The position numbers were made by a program, and so were the translations under genes. The notes beneath the pieces were generated by a model. It searched no databases and was not told the origin of the DNA. It worked only from the letters and a program-made list of their open reading frames with translations. From Opitutales bacterium (GTDB lineage: Bacteria; Verrucomicrobiota; Verrucomicrobiia; Opitutales; UBA2987), in the NCBI GenBank assembly GCA_965226885.1, contig CBDDEL010000017.1, positions 32,001-96,000 of the forward strand: a DNA stretch of 64,000 bases. The letters run 5' to 3'. Positions within the stretch are counted from its first letter, which is position 1. Each line of letters opens with the position of its first letter. Shown piece after piece: positions 1 through 10,377 of this stretch.

Positions 1-297
1 TTCACCCGCTCCGAAACCGCAAATATCTTTGCCTTCCGCTTTTAACTCTTTGGCCCGCGCGGTAACGGCCAAAGTCGGAGAAGGAGTGATATTTTTTGCC
101 CAAACAGACAATTTGATATTATTGGATCCCATTTAATTGAAATTCCTTAGGTAGGTTGAAGGTGAGGAAAAATGAAAAGCCACGCACCATTGGCAACTGA
201 AAAGCAATTGGCAATGGTAAATGATAAATTGTCCGGATCTTGTGAAACCGAAGTATTTCCAAGAGGGCGAAAAGAGGGCGAAAAGCCGGATTGAAGA

Positions 298-858
298 TTA
301 TTTCTTCCGGCCGGTCTTTTTCTTAGCAGCTTTTTTCTTGGCGGGAGCTTTCTTTTTAGCAGCCTTTCTGGCGGGAGCCTTCTTTTTGGCTACCTTCTTT
401 TTAGCTGCCTTTTTCTTGGCCGGGGCTTTCTTTTTTGCAGCCTTCTTAGCTGGGGCCTTTTTACGGGCGGCTTTTTTAGCGGGAGCCTTCTTTTTGGCTA
501 CCTTCTTTTTAGCTGCCTTTTTCTTGGCCGGGGCTTTCTTTTTTGCAGCCTTCTTAGCTGGGGCCTTTTTACGGGCGGCTTTTTTAGCGGGAGCCTTCTT
601 TTTGGCTACCTTCTTTTTAGCTGCCTTTTTCTTGGCCGGGGCTTTCTTTTTTGCAGCCTTCTTGGCTGGGGCCTTTTTACGGGCGGCTTTTTTAGCGGGA
701 GCCTTCTTTTTGGCTACCTTCTTTTTAGCTGCCTTTTTCTTGGCCGGGGCTTTCTTTTTTACAGCCTTTTTGGCTGGGGCCTTTTTACGGGCCGCCGCCT
801 TTTTCGCTGGGGCTTTTTTCTTGGCTGATTTTTTAGTTGGTGATTTCTTTTTTGCCAT
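298..858 (-). CDS. Histone H1-like / Hc2-like Lys-Ala-Pro-rich nucleoid protein
   Basis: 186 aa made almost entirely of K/A/P/R pentamers ([15 protein letters not shown]); no acidic residues. Confidence 0.85.
   Translation of the reverse strand: MAKKKSPTKKSAKKKAPAKKAAARKKAPAKKAVKKKAPAKKKAAKKKVAKKKAPAKKAARKKAPAKKAAKKKAPAKKKAAKKKVAKKKAPAKKAARKKAPAKKAAKKKAPAKKKAAKKKVAKKKAPAKKAARKKAPAKKAAKKKAPAKKKAAKKKVAKKKAPARKAAKKKAPAKKKAAKKKTGRKK
371..800. repeat. About 4 tandem copies of a 108-bp (36-codon) unit within the H1-like gene
   Basis: gcgggagccttc recurs at 371, 479, 587 and 695 (period 108). Confidence 0.9.
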
Positions 859-1495
859 GATTAACTTACCATTATGTGTTAGGTTTTAGTCAGGAAATGA
901 CTCCGAAAGAAAAATTAAAATCCGCATACCTTTTATACCTTTTTCTTATACGCTATTGCGAGGTTAGGCTGGTTGGAAAAGTCGTAAAAATTAAAAACGT
1001 CGGCTATACGATTGCAGTTTACGTTTTTATTGAATTCCATTTTCATTCGCATCCACCGGCATCCACCGTTTCTGAAAAATTATGATGGAACTTAACGGTA
1101 TATGAGAAAAATTCAACATAAATTTTCACACTTTTGACTTTTTGATACGGAAGGTTATTTAACGCTTATCTAGCGTTACTGTTTTCCGGTTATGACTTCT
1201 CAATATTATCCCGAATTGAAATTTTCCTTCAGAGAATACTTTCGCCATGCAAACATTCCCAAAAACAATATTTAATTGTTTTGAAGGGAGATGGATAGCT
1301 TTTGATTCTGGCAAAAACTTTACTCCCTTGCAAGATGGGTGGTGTTTGTTTTTGCCGGATGACATAAGTGATTCTTTCCGTATTGTCAGACGATAAATCT
1401 TTACATCGCAGGGCTTAGTTCTTTTGCTGGGCGGCTGGGCGGGATCAGCTGGGCGGGATCAGGAAATATTGTTTCTTTCACAACATCGTTTATTC

Positions 1496-2635
1496 ATGGC
1501 AAGAGTCGTTTTAGAGAATTTGGTTAAAGATTATACCGGCGCTAAAAGTAAAACCGTTCGCGCCGTCAATGAAATCAATCTGGAAATCGTGGATCGCGAA
1601 TTCATGGTTTTGGTGGGGCCTTCGGGTTGTGGAAAATCCACCAGTTTGCGCATGATAGCCGGTCTTGAGGAAGTAACTTCGGGAGCCATCTACATCAATG
1701 ATCGGGTGGTCAACGATGTATTGCCCAAGGACCGCGATATTGCCATGGTTTTTCAAAACTACGCTTTGTATCCGCACATGAGCGTTTATGACAACATGGC
1801 TTTTGGGTTAAAGTTGATGAAGCTTGGCAAAGTGGAAATTCAGCGGCGAGTGGGGGAAGCGGCCCAGATTCTCAATATCGAAGAATTGATGGATCGAAAA
1901 CCCAAAGCTCTCTCCGGCGGCCAGCAACAGAGGGTTGCCGTGGGGCGTGCCATCGTTCGCAAACCCAAAGTATTTCTGTTTGACGAGCCGCTTTCCAATT
2001 TGGACGCGAAAATGAGGGGCTCCATGAGGAAGGAGTTATCCAAATTGCACCAACGGCTCGATTCGACCATGATCTATGTCACCCATGACCAGGTGGAAGC
2101 CATGACCATGGGCGATCGCATCACCGTCATGGATGAGGGTAAAATCATGCAGACGGCGGACCCGCTGACTTTATACAATCATCCCGTAAATATGTTCGTG
2201 GCCGGTTTTATCGGCAGCCCGCCCATGAATTTTCTGCCTGGAATTTTGGAGCAGGAGGGCGAGTATTTGTATTTTTCTGAAAACAATGCGGCGGGTTCCC
2301 CTGTTCGCATAAGACTGACGGATGAATTGGCGCGGGCGGCCACCAGTTACTCAATAAAAGAGGTCGTTTTTGGAATTCGTCCCGAAGATATTAAAGAAAC
2401 TATCAATGGCGACGCCAACGACAGGCATTCGCCGGTAAAAGCCAAACTGGAGGTTGCCGAAACGATGGGTGCGGAGACGCACCTGCACCTGCACACCGGG
2501 GAACATGCTTTTATAGCCAGGATTAATGTCGGCAGGCACTATAAAATAAACGATACGGTGGCGGTTGAATTTAATGTGGGCCGCGGCCATCTATTCGATC
2601 CCGCATCCGGAGAAGTCATCAATAAAGTTTCCTGA
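1496..2635 (+). CDS. Sugar ABC transporter ATP-binding subunit (MalK/MsmK/UgpC family)
   Basis: Walker A GPSGCGKST, LSGGQQQR signature, LFDEPLSNLDAK, C-terminal TOBE-like region; likely start ATG 1496. Confidence 0.93.
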   Translation: MARVVLENLVKDYTGAKSKTVRAVNEINLEIVDREFMVLVGPSGCGKSTSLRMIAGLEEVTSGAIYINDRVVNDVLPKDRDIAMVFQNYALYPHMSVYDNMAFGLKLMKLGKVEIQRRVGEAAQILNIEELMDRKPKALSGGQQQRVAVGRAIVRKPKVFLFDEPLSNLDAKMRGSMRKELSKLHQRLDSTMIYVTHDQVEAMTMGDRITVMDEGKIMQTADPLTLYNHPVNMFVAGFIGSPPMNFLPGILEQEGEYLYFSENNAAGSPVRIRLTDELARAATSYSIKEVVFGIRPEDIKETINGDANDRHSPVKAKLEVAETMGAETHLHLHTGEHAFIARINVGRHYKINDTVAVEFNVGRGHLFDPASGEVINKVS

Positions 2636-2642
2636 CGACGTT

Positions 2643-3578
2643 TTATTTTAAACCGGTGAAAGCATCCGGCGATACGGCGGGAGTGGCCTCCGCCAGGTAT
2701 TCCGGCAAGAAATGATTCTTTGTAAACTTCTGGCTGAGAGCGGCGGCCGTTACCCTGAACCGGGTTTTGGAACGCGATCGCTCGTCAAAAAAATCGATGG
2801 TCCTGGGAAAGCCCTCATTTCCTATCCTTTTTACGCTGATGATTTTGAAAGATTTCAGGGTTTGGCCTTCCTTGTCCACCAGTTCAGCCTTCAGCCATTG
2901 CCGGCTTTTCTCTTCCAGAAAAATGCGCACAGCGCCCAAGGCCGGATTATGTCTGGCAGTGTTTTGAGGTGGATACATGAGAAAAACGAATAAAGTTCGT
3001 CCCAGTTTTTTGGTTTTCCCTTCGAATGCATAATCAGTCCAGTATATGAATGGCATTTGCAAATCGAAAGGGGTGACGATTAGCCCGGGCAATAGCGGCT
3101 CAAACAATTCTTCACCTGACAACTCCCGGGCCGATGCGGGCGTATTATTTGCCAGTCGCCAGATTTTCGGTTGGTTGCCGTTATGCACCAGCAGGGCCAG
3201 GGAATCCCCGTTTTCATTTCCATTTCCGGGTAGGATGATCTTGGTCTGCGCCCCGGAGGCATTCCAGGTTCCCCACAGTTGTCCTTTGTAGGTTGTAGTG
3301 GTTCCTCTCCGGGGCATGTGCCGCAATTCGAATTTGAAGCTGTAATCGCCGCCCAGTCTCTGCTCGCGAAAATCATCCAGGACTTTCTCCGCCGCAAGAA
3401 GATCTAATTGGCCATCCTGGGAAATATGTGGCTGTGGCGGCAATTTTTGATCTGCCCCCCAAAGCCCGCAGGTCTGCATTTGCATGAGCATGAGAACCAG
3501 CAGGAGCCTACGCCCCACACGCTTGGGAATTAACCCACCTTTCTGGGGGGAACCTGAATCAGTTCTGGTCGGGACCAT
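2643..3578 (-). CDS. Putative outer-membrane lipoprotein-sorting (LolA-like) exported protein
   Basis: Hydrophobic N-terminal segment; TPFDL...KAELVDKEGQTLK pattern resembles this family; start uncertain. Confidence 0.55.
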   Translation of the reverse strand: MVPTRTDSGSPQKGGLIPKRVGRRLLLVLMLMQMQTCGLWGADQKLPPQPHISQDGQLDLLAAEKVLDDFREQRLGGDYSFKFELRHMPRRGTTTTYKGQLWGTWNASGAQTKIILPGNGNENGDSLALLVHNGNQPKIWRLANNTPASARELSGEELFEPLLPGLIVTPFDLQMPFIYWTDYAFEGKTKKLGRTLFVFLMYPPQNTARHNPALGAVRIFLEEKSRQWLKAELVDKEGQTLKSFKIISVKRIGNEGFPRTIDFFDERSRSKTRFRVTAAALSQKFTKNHFLPEYLAEATPAVSPDAFTGLK

Positions 3579-3990
3579 CCGTTTCGGATTCCCCTGATTC
3601 GGCGTTTTCTTCTTCCAGTTCGAGGCTTTGAGTAAAAGCGGGCACACTCAATTCATCGCCTGAATTTTCGACTGGCAGGGAAGTGGCTGGCGTTGTCTCG
3701 GAGATGCTGGATGGTAATCTGCCATCTTCGACCTGCGGCCCGCCCGCATTTGAAATGTATCCCAGATACAATCCGAAACTGATGAGGAAAAAGGCCACCG
3801 CTGCGAAGTAGGTCCATTTTTTGAGCATGCCACCGGCATCGGCACCGAAGGTGGACTCGGCAATGCCTCCGCCAAAGGCCGTGCCCAGCCCGGCGTTGGT
3901 GCTGGCTCTTTGTAAAAGGACCATAAAAATCAGGAACACGCTGACCAATATTAAGATGAGAGTAAAAAATGCTGAAATGATGCTGCCCAT
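3559..3990 (-). CDS. secG: Preprotein translocase subunit SecG
   Basis: Two TM helices, VLLQ...AGLGTAFGGG motif, acidic C-terminal tail. Confidence 0.9.
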   Translation of the reverse strand: MGSIISAFFTLILILVSVFLIFMVLLQRASTNAGLGTAFGGGIAESTFGADAGGMLKKWTYFAAVAFFLISFGLYLGYISNAGGPQVEDGRLPSSISETTPATSLPVENSGDELSVPAFTQSLELEEENAESGESETDGPDQN

Positions 3991-4112
3991 ATTTTCGTTC
4001 GGGTTTAGGTGGGTAGATTAACTATGAATGAGAGGCGAAAATGCAAATATGATGGCAAGAATCAAGAAATTAATGAATGGATTTTTGATATCGGCACTGC
4101 TGAAATTTAATA

Positions 4113-5054
4113 TCAGGCGTTGATTCCCAGTTTTTCCAGAATCCGCTGCAAGTCGTCGTTGCCGTAATACTCGATCACGATGCGGCCTTTTTTAGGCGTG
4201 TGGTGAACTCTGACCTTGGTGCTGAATTGAAGTTCCAGTTGATTTTCCACTGCCTTCAGAGCCGTGGATTCCGATGCCGGTCTTTGCTTGGGGCCGGAAA
4301 GCTTTTTACCCTCGCGATAACGGCGGGTTACGCGTTCCAGTTCGCGCACGCTGAGTCCGGCTTCTATTATGCGGCGCGCGATGAGCAATCGTTGGGCGTC
4401 GTCTTCGATGCCTAGCAGCACCTTGGCGTGGCCAACGGATAAGAGATTCTTGCTCAAGTAGCCCAGGATTTCTCTTTCCAGTTGTAAAAGACGCAGGGAA
4501 TTGGCGATCGTTGCCCGGCCTTTGCCGACGCGTTCGGAGACGCCTTCCTGGGTCAGGTCGAAGTCTCGAATGAGGCTGGCATAACCGCGGGCCTCCTCAA
4601 TCGGGTTGAGTCCCTCGCGCTGCAAATTCTCAATCAGGGACATGGCGGCGCTGGAGGCGTCGCTGGCCACCACTATGCGGGCGTGGATTTTTTTCAGTTT
4701 CAGTTCCTGACAGGCCCGGAAACGGCGCTCTCCGGCAATAATCTGAAACTCGCCGCCAACTTCCCGCACCACGATCGGTTGCAGGAGGCCTTCGGAGCGA
4801 ATGCTTTCGGCCAGTTCGCTTACCTGTCCTGGATCGATTTCACTCCTCGGTTGATAGGGATTGGGGGTGATTCGATTAACGGGAATTTCCCTGAATTCCC
4901 CCGTGGCCGAAAAATCCTCACCGCTTGCGGGTGGGGTTTTTTTATTTATGGGTGAAATATTGCCGACAGAATCGGCGCCCTTTCCGGATTTTGAAACGCC
5001 TGCGGATATCAGGCCGACCAATCCTCTGCCCAAACGTTTTTTTGTCTTTGCCAT
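4113..5054 (-). CDS. parB: Chromosome partitioning protein ParB/Spo0J
   Basis: LGRGL N-terminus, NPYQPR, IIAGERRFRA, ENLQREGLNPIEEA, HTH. Confidence 0.95.
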   Translation of the reverse strand: MAKTKKRLGRGLVGLISAGVSKSGKGADSVGNISPINKKTPPASGEDFSATGEFREIPVNRITPNPYQPRSEIDPGQVSELAESIRSEGLLQPIVVREVGGEFQIIAGERRFRACQELKLKKIHARIVVASDASSAAMSLIENLQREGLNPIEEARGYASLIRDFDLTQEGVSERVGKGRATIANSLRLLQLEREILGYLSKNLLSVGHAKVLLGIEDDAQRLLIARRIIEAGLSVRELERVTRRYREGKKLSGPKQRPASESTALKAVENQLELQFSTKVRVHHTPKKGRIVIEYYGNDDLQRILEKLGINA

Positions 5055-5157
5055 AGAAAAGAAAATTTGGATGCTGGATAGGGGAGAGTGGTGTCAGGTG
5101 TTAGGTGGGAGATTTGCTGGATGTTGGATGGAGGATGTGGTTTTATGAAACATTAGG

Positions 5158-5811
5158 TTAATTGCGCGATTGGGGAACGAAAATGGTCTGGCCTGCTTTC
5201 AGGTCTTTGGGATCGGCGATTTTGTTGGCATTCTGGATATCCGCCACGGTGGAATGGAATTTTTTTGCGATGGCCGATAAGGTGTCTCCGCTTTCCACCG
5301 TATAGGCAACCCCTTCTTTCGGATAATCTTGGGAAAAAGACTGGGCCAGGTTGATTTGTGGTTTTGCCGCCACCGATTCGGCCAGAGCTTTCATGGCTTC
5401 CTGAGTTTGCATGGCCAGCCGCTCCATCTGGCTGCTCACTTCGCGGATAATATGGGATTTTTCCGCATCCAGGCGGGTGCTCAATTCCTGGCTGACGGCG
5501 GCCAAACGGCTATTCAACTCGACCGCGGTGGCAAATTGGGAGAGGCTTTTATTCTGCTCCTCCAGTCTCGTCCGGAGGAGAGTTCGCAATTCCCTGTTTT
5601 CCCTCGAAAGCCTTTCCAATTGCAGATTTAACCTGGCCACTTGTTGGCCTAGGTGGGCCACATCCTCCTTCATGTTGGCCAGTTCAATCCTGTCGTTATT
5701 TATGTTTTTGGATGAACTTTTCAGCAATGCCGGATACGCCGGATGAATTAAAAAAAGCATCCCCGCCAGAGACAGGATGAAAGTTAAATTTTTTCTTTTT
5801 GCACTGAACAT
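5158..5811 (-). CDS. Exported coiled-coil protein with C-terminal LysM domain
   Basis: Signal peptide; YTVESGDTLSAIAKKF...LKAGQTIFVP. Confidence 0.88.
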   Translation of the reverse strand: MFSAKRKNLTFILSLAGMLFLIHPAYPALLKSSSKNINNDRIELANMKEDVAHLGQQVARLNLQLERLSRENRELRTLLRTRLEEQNKSLSQFATAVELNSRLAAVSQELSTRLDAEKSHIIREVSSQMERLAMQTQEAMKALAESVAAKPQINLAQSFSQDYPKEGVAYTVESGDTLSAIAKKFHSTVADIQNANKIADPKDLKAGQTIFVPQSRN

Positions 5812-5886
5812 TTGCCTGCCCTTGAGATGCTTTTAAAGGTAAACTTTCTCCATCCAAGAATGTCAAATGATTCGTCCGATTGGGGC

Positions 5887-6885
5887 CTATTTTTTACGCA
5901 TGAGGAAAGGTTTTGAAGAACTCAGAGGCAGCATCTCTCCGTTTGCGAGCATAGTTCCAGCAGAAATGGGGAAACCTCTGAGGAATTCTTCTGCCGGAAG
6001 CGTTCTTCCCCCCGGCCGCTGTAATGTCAAAATACGCAAAACGCCCTTTCCGGTGGCGACTGCGAGGGTTTTGTCCCCTCCATCAACGACTTCGCCCGGT
6101 TTGCCACCTGTAGCTCCCTCTAGTAAATCTGCCTGGCCTATTTTAATTCGCATCCTTTCGTATTCAAAGTAGCAGCCGGGCCAAGGCTGCAAAGCCCTTA
6201 TGCGGTCAACCAATTCATCCGCCGATTTCCGGAAATCGAGGTGTCCGTCGCTTTTCCCCAATAACCTTGTGTAGGATGCCCGGTTGGAATCCTGTTTATT
6301 AAATACGGCCTTTCTTTCCAGAATGGCGGGCAGGCATTGGTGGATTAAGGGAACACAGGCCAGGCCCAGTTTTTCCCGCAAGTGGGCGGAGGTATCGTGG
6401 GGATTGATGGGGACTTTTTTGCAGTCCAGGGTGGGCCCGGCATCCACCTTGGACGCCATTTGCATGAGGGTGACGCCGGTTTCTTTTTCGCCATTGGCAA
6501 TGGCGGCCTCAATGGGAGCGGGGCCCCGGTAGGCGGGCAGGATCGAGGTGTGCAGGTTTAATGCGCCCAATGGCGGCAAATCGAGAACTTCCTGCTTGAG
6601 AATGTGCCCATAAGACATCACCAGCAGAAGATCACAGCCGGTATTTTTCAGCCATTGGAGGTCGGTAGAGTCAATTCTGCCGGGTTGCCGGATGGTAATT
6701 CCCTGTTTTTGAGCCCAAAGTTTTATGGGGTTCGGTTTCAGCTTTAATCCGCGCCCCGAAGGTTTGTCCGTCCCCGTGAAAATGCCAGTCAGGCGCACTT
6801 TTTCACTTTGGCGGTAAAGGAGGTCCTCTAAAAGGGGAAGGGCGATGGACTCGGAGCCCATAAAGACTGTTTTGGCCGGTTCCAT
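5887..6885 (-). CDS. fmt: Methionyl-tRNA formyltransferase
   Basis: VFMGS, DKPSGRG, NLHTSILPAYRGPAPI, DAGP, PWPG. Confidence 0.95.
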   Translation of the reverse strand: MEPAKTVFMGSESIALPLLEDLLYRQSEKVRLTGIFTGTDKPSGRGLKLKPNPIKLWAQKQGITIRQPGRIDSTDLQWLKNTGCDLLLVMSYGHILKQEVLDLPPLGALNLHTSILPAYRGPAPIEAAIANGEKETGVTLMQMASKVDAGPTLDCKKVPINPHDTSAHLREKLGLACVPLIHQCLPAILERKAVFNKQDSNRASYTRLLGKSDGHLDFRKSADELVDRIRALQPWPGCYFEYERMRIKIGQADLLEGATGGKPGEVVDGGDKTLAVATGKGVLRILTLQRPGGRTLPAEEFLRGFPISAGTMLANGEMLPLSSSKPFLMRKK

Positions 6886-6897
6886 GCGTAAAGAATG

Positions 6898-8331
6898 CTA
6901 CCTCTTGCGGTCAAATTCTTTTTTGATAACCTGGGGCTGGTAAAAGTCCTTGGAACGTTTCGGTTTTTCAGCCAACTGGAAACGCACCGGACAGCCTTTA
7001 AGGTTGAATTCGGTATGGAACCCTTTTTCCAGGTAGCGGCGGTAGCGGTCGTCAAGCTTGGCCGCCTGATTGCAGAAAAGCCGGATATGAAAAGGGCGCG
7101 AACCGGTTTGCACGGCGTAATAGATTTTGAAACGCTTGCCTTTGGTGAGGGGCGGGCTTTGCCGTTCGATCAGCCTGGCTATGAGGCGGTTGACTTTGGG
7201 AGTGGAAAGTTGGGTCGATTGAATTCCGTCCAGTTCCTTGCCACAATGGAGGATTTTGCTGATGGAAAAGCCTTTCAAGGCGGAGACGAAAATTATTGGA
7301 CTGTCCGGCAAAAAGAATAATTCTTTGTAAATGGCCTCGACGTATTGTTGGCGAAAATCTTTTTCGTTTTCGTAGCCTTTGATCGATTCGCGTCGAAACG
7401 AATCCAGTGCCAGGTCCCATTTGTTGACCACCACGGCGAGTGTTTTCCCCGACTTGACGATGTGCCCGGCGAGCGACTTGTCCTGCTTGGTCACTCCGCT
7501 CAGGGCGTCGAGCACGAGAAAAACGACATCCGCCCGATCAATGGCACCCTCGGAGCGCAAGGCGGAGAAAAATTCCACCGATGAACTCATTTTTCCGCGT
7601 TTGCGCACTCCCGCCGTATCCATGAGGCGAAATTGCCAGAGGTCGCCGTCCTTAGATTTATAATCCATATCCAGGGAAACCGAATCGCGGGTGGTCCCCG
7701 GTACTTCCGTCACCACCAGCCGGTTGGATTTAAAGAGCCGATTGCAAATGGACGATTTTCCCACATTGGGGCGGCCCGCGAAGCAAATTTTAGTGCGATT
7801 TTCCTCCGACTCTTCCGGCTCCGGCGGTTTCGGCCCGAGCATCTCATCGATGGTTGCGCGCAAATCATAAGCGCCGCGGCCATGCTCAGCCGAAACCAGG
7901 TGCGATCGGGCAAAGCCGAGTTTGTCAAAATCCGCACCGAGGGTCTCCTGGCGGTCGGTGTCGATTTTATTGATGACCAGAACGGGATCTTTGCCATAAC
8001 GGCGCAATTTTTCCGCCACCATTTCATCCATCGGGGTGCAGCCCTCCCGGCCATCCACCATGAAAAGAATGATAGTGGCCGCCTGGATGGCAAAGATCAC
8101 CTGATCCTCCACCGCCTGGGTGATTACCTCCTTGCCCTCGCCCGCGTCGAGCCCGATGCCCCCCGTGTCCATGAGGATGAAATCGCCGTCCACCTCGGTC
8201 GTGTTGACGTCCCGGGTGACTCCCGGTTGGTCGTGTACGATGGCGATGCGCCGCCCAGCGAGGCGATTAAAGAGTCGGCTTTTGCCCACATTGGGGCGGC
8301 CCACCAGGGCTACACTGCGATTATTATTCAT
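6898..8331 (-). CDS. der: Ribosome biogenesis GTPase Der
   Basis: Two tandem G domains (GRPNVGKS twice, DTGG/DTAG, NKID/NKWD) plus KH-like C-terminus. Confidence 0.96.
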   Translation of the reverse strand: MNNNRSVALVGRPNVGKSRLFNRLAGRRIAIVHDQPGVTRDVNTTEVDGDFILMDTGGIGLDAGEGKEVITQAVEDQVIFAIQAATIILFMVDGREGCTPMDEMVAEKLRRYGKDPVLVINKIDTDRQETLGADFDKLGFARSHLVSAEHGRGAYDLRATIDEMLGPKPPEPEESEENRTKICFAGRPNVGKSSICNRLFKSNRLVVTEVPGTTRDSVSLDMDYKSKDGDLWQFRLMDTAGVRKRGKMSSSVEFFSALRSEGAIDRADVVFLVLDALSGVTKQDKSLAGHIVKSGKTLAVVVNKWDLALDSFRRESIKGYENEKDFRQQYVEAIYKELFFLPDSPIIFVSALKGFSISKILHCGKELDGIQSTQLSTPKVNRLIARLIERQSPPLTKGKRFKIYYAVQTGSRPFHIRLFCNQAAKLDDRYRRYLEKGFHTEFNLKGCPVRFQLAEKPKRSKDFYQPQVIKKEFDRKR

Positions 8332-9508
8332 TGCTTGATTTTAAATTCTCTAAAAACTTTTCGATTCGATTAAGGGCCTCAATGAGCCGTTCATAAGCGG
8401 TGGCGAAACTGGCCCTGACGAATCCATGGCCGCTCGGTCCGAAGGCTGTGCCTGGCACCACCGCCACTTTTTGCTCTTCCAGCAACCGACGGCAGAATTG
8501 ATCGTCGGTCAAACCGGAGGAGCGGATATCGGGAAAAGCATAAAAAGTTCCTTTTGGCAAATGGCAAGGCAAACCCAGCTCATTAAACCGACGGACAACG
8601 TAATCGCGCCGGCGGAGGTATTGGGCGCGCATTCCCGCGACCGCTTCTTCGCCGTGCCGCAGGGCCTCCAGAGCCGCCTCCTGGCTGACGATGGGCGCGC
8701 AGAGCATCCCGTATTGATGGACTTTCGTGACGGCTTCGATAAGGGCCGCGGGTCCGCAGGCGAATCCGATGCGAAATCCCGTCATGGCGAAAGCCTTCGA
8801 GACCCCGTGCAAAAAGAGGGTGCGCTCTTTCATTCCCGGCAGGGCGGCGATGCTCCGGTGTTTTTCACCATAGGTTAGTTCGGCGTAGATTTCATCGGTA
8901 ATGACCAATAAATCCTTTTCCACGGCAAACCGGCCGATGCCTTGCATGGATTCAGGGTCGAGAACGCCTCCCGTGGGATTGGTGGGGAAGTTGAGGACCA
9001 GCGCCTTGCAACCCGGTTGCCAGGCCTCGGCCAGTTTTTTGGGGTTGAGAGAAAAATTATCCTCAGCCGAAGTGGGAATGGGAACGCCTTCGCCGTGGGC
9101 GAGCTGTACGCAGGGGAGGTAGGCCACATAGCAGGGCTCGTGGTAAAGCACTTTGTCCCCCGGATCAATAATAGCCCGCAGGGCCGCGTCGAGCCCCTCG
9201 GACACTCCCGTGGTGACGACGATTTCATTTTCCGGATGATAACTGAGGCCGAAATGTTCCTCCACATAGGTGGAAATGGCCCGCCTCAACTGGATCAAGC
9301 CGAGGTTGTCCGTATAGCTTGTTTTACCGCGCTCAAGGGCAAAAATGGCCGCCTCGCGGATTCGCCAGGGAGTATGGAAATCAGGCTCCCCGATTCCCAG
9401 GGAGATCGCTTCCGGCATTTTCGAGACGATGGAGAAAAATTCCCGAATGCCCGAGCGGGGCAGGCTTTGGATATGCCTGGCCACAAAGCGGGAGGTGTCT
9501 TCGCTCAT
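8324..9508 (-). CDS. PLP-dependent aminotransferase class I/II
   Basis: GEPDF, NFPTNPTG, DEIY, SKAFAMTGFRIG. Confidence 0.93.
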   Translation of the reverse strand: MSEDTSRFVARHIQSLPRSGIREFFSIVSKMPEAISLGIGEPDFHTPWRIREAAIFALERGKTSYTDNLGLIQLRRAISTYVEEHFGLSYHPENEIVVTTGVSEGLDAALRAIIDPGDKVLYHEPCYVAYLPCVQLAHGEGVPIPTSAEDNFSLNPKKLAEAWQPGCKALVLNFPTNPTGGVLDPESMQGIGRFAVEKDLLVITDEIYAELTYGEKHRSIAALPGMKERTLFLHGVSKAFAMTGFRIGFACGPAALIEAVTKVHQYGMLCAPIVSQEAALEALRHGEEAVAGMRAQYLRRRDYVVRRFNELGLPCHLPKGTFYAFPDIRSSGLTDDQFCRRLLEEQKVAVVPGTAFGPSGHGFVRASFATAYERLIEALNRIEKFLENLKSSNE

Positions 9509-9513
9509 GTTTC

Positions 9514-9996
9514 TCAGGGGCTGACAGGCGGTTTATCGGGGTCGCCGCGTTCCCCTCCCAGATAATAGCCCTGTTCCTTGTAAGCGCGCAGCAGGAAATG
9601 CGTGACGGTTGAGAGGACTCCCTCGATAGTGGCCAGTTTCTCCGAGACGAAAGCGGCCACATCATGCAGGTTGGTCCCACTTACAACGCAGAGTAAATCG
9701 TAACCTCCAGACATGAGGTAGCAGGTCTCCACTTCGTCGAAACGACTGATTCTTTCACCCATACGATCGAACCCACCCTCGCGCTCCGGCGATATTTTGA
9801 CTTCGATGAGGGCGCGAACGCAGTCGCCGGCATCAACGTTGGGATGCAGCACTGGGCGCCAACCGAGCAGGATATTTTCCGCCTTAAGTTTTTCCAGCTC
9901 GGCCTCCACTTCAGCCGTGTCTATGCCCAGAATTTCGGACATCTGGCCGGTGGAAAGGTTTTCTCCTTCGAGCAGGAGTTTGAGCAAATTGTTCAT
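9514..9996 (-). CDS. Lrp/AsnC family regulator
   Basis: N-terminal HTH; CYLMSGGYDL RAM domain; adjacent to the aminotransferase. Confidence 0.9.
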   Translation of the reverse strand: MNNLLKLLLEGENLSTGQMSEILGIDTAEVEAELEKLKAENILLGWRPVLHPNVDAGDCVRALIEVKISPEREGGFDRMGERISRFDEVETCYLMSGGYDLLCVVSGTNLHDVAAFVSEKLATIEGVLSTVTHFLLRAYKEQGYYLGGERGDPDKPPVSP

Positions 9997-10377
9997 GAAT
10001 TCAGTCGGGAGCTGATTAACATTAATGTTTTTATAAATTTATAGCTAAAATATCGCATTGTAATTGACAACTAATAACAGCGAATACCATTTCGCAAACA
10101 ATTCCTGGAACCGCTTTATAGGTATTATCATCGAAGTGCATGAGTAGGTATTTTCCATATGGCCCGTTCCCATCCGAGACTTTCTTCCATCCTTTCGACA
10201 GATAAAAATCTATAGCTTTAATATTCTGTTGCACGCATTTCAGAGCTGCGGGCCGTCCAATATTATTGAGACTTTCGTTGAGCAATGCCGAGCCGATGCC
10301 CTGACCTATGACTTTGACGTGTACTGGATTTGTTGGACACGGGATTCTCTTATATTCATTGTTTATTGATTAGTGTG

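Noticed and set aside
371..800. Regular repeats as a possible CRISPR array
   Set aside because: Contiguous coding tandem repeat with no unique spacers; no cas genes
221..889. 222-aa Phe/Ala/Leu-rich ORF on the + strand
   Set aside because: Antisense shadow of the Lys/Ala repeat gene
4113..5054. parB without adjacent parA or a visible parS
   Set aside because: parA may lie elsewhere; I saw no parS palindrome, and an eye scan is not exhaustive
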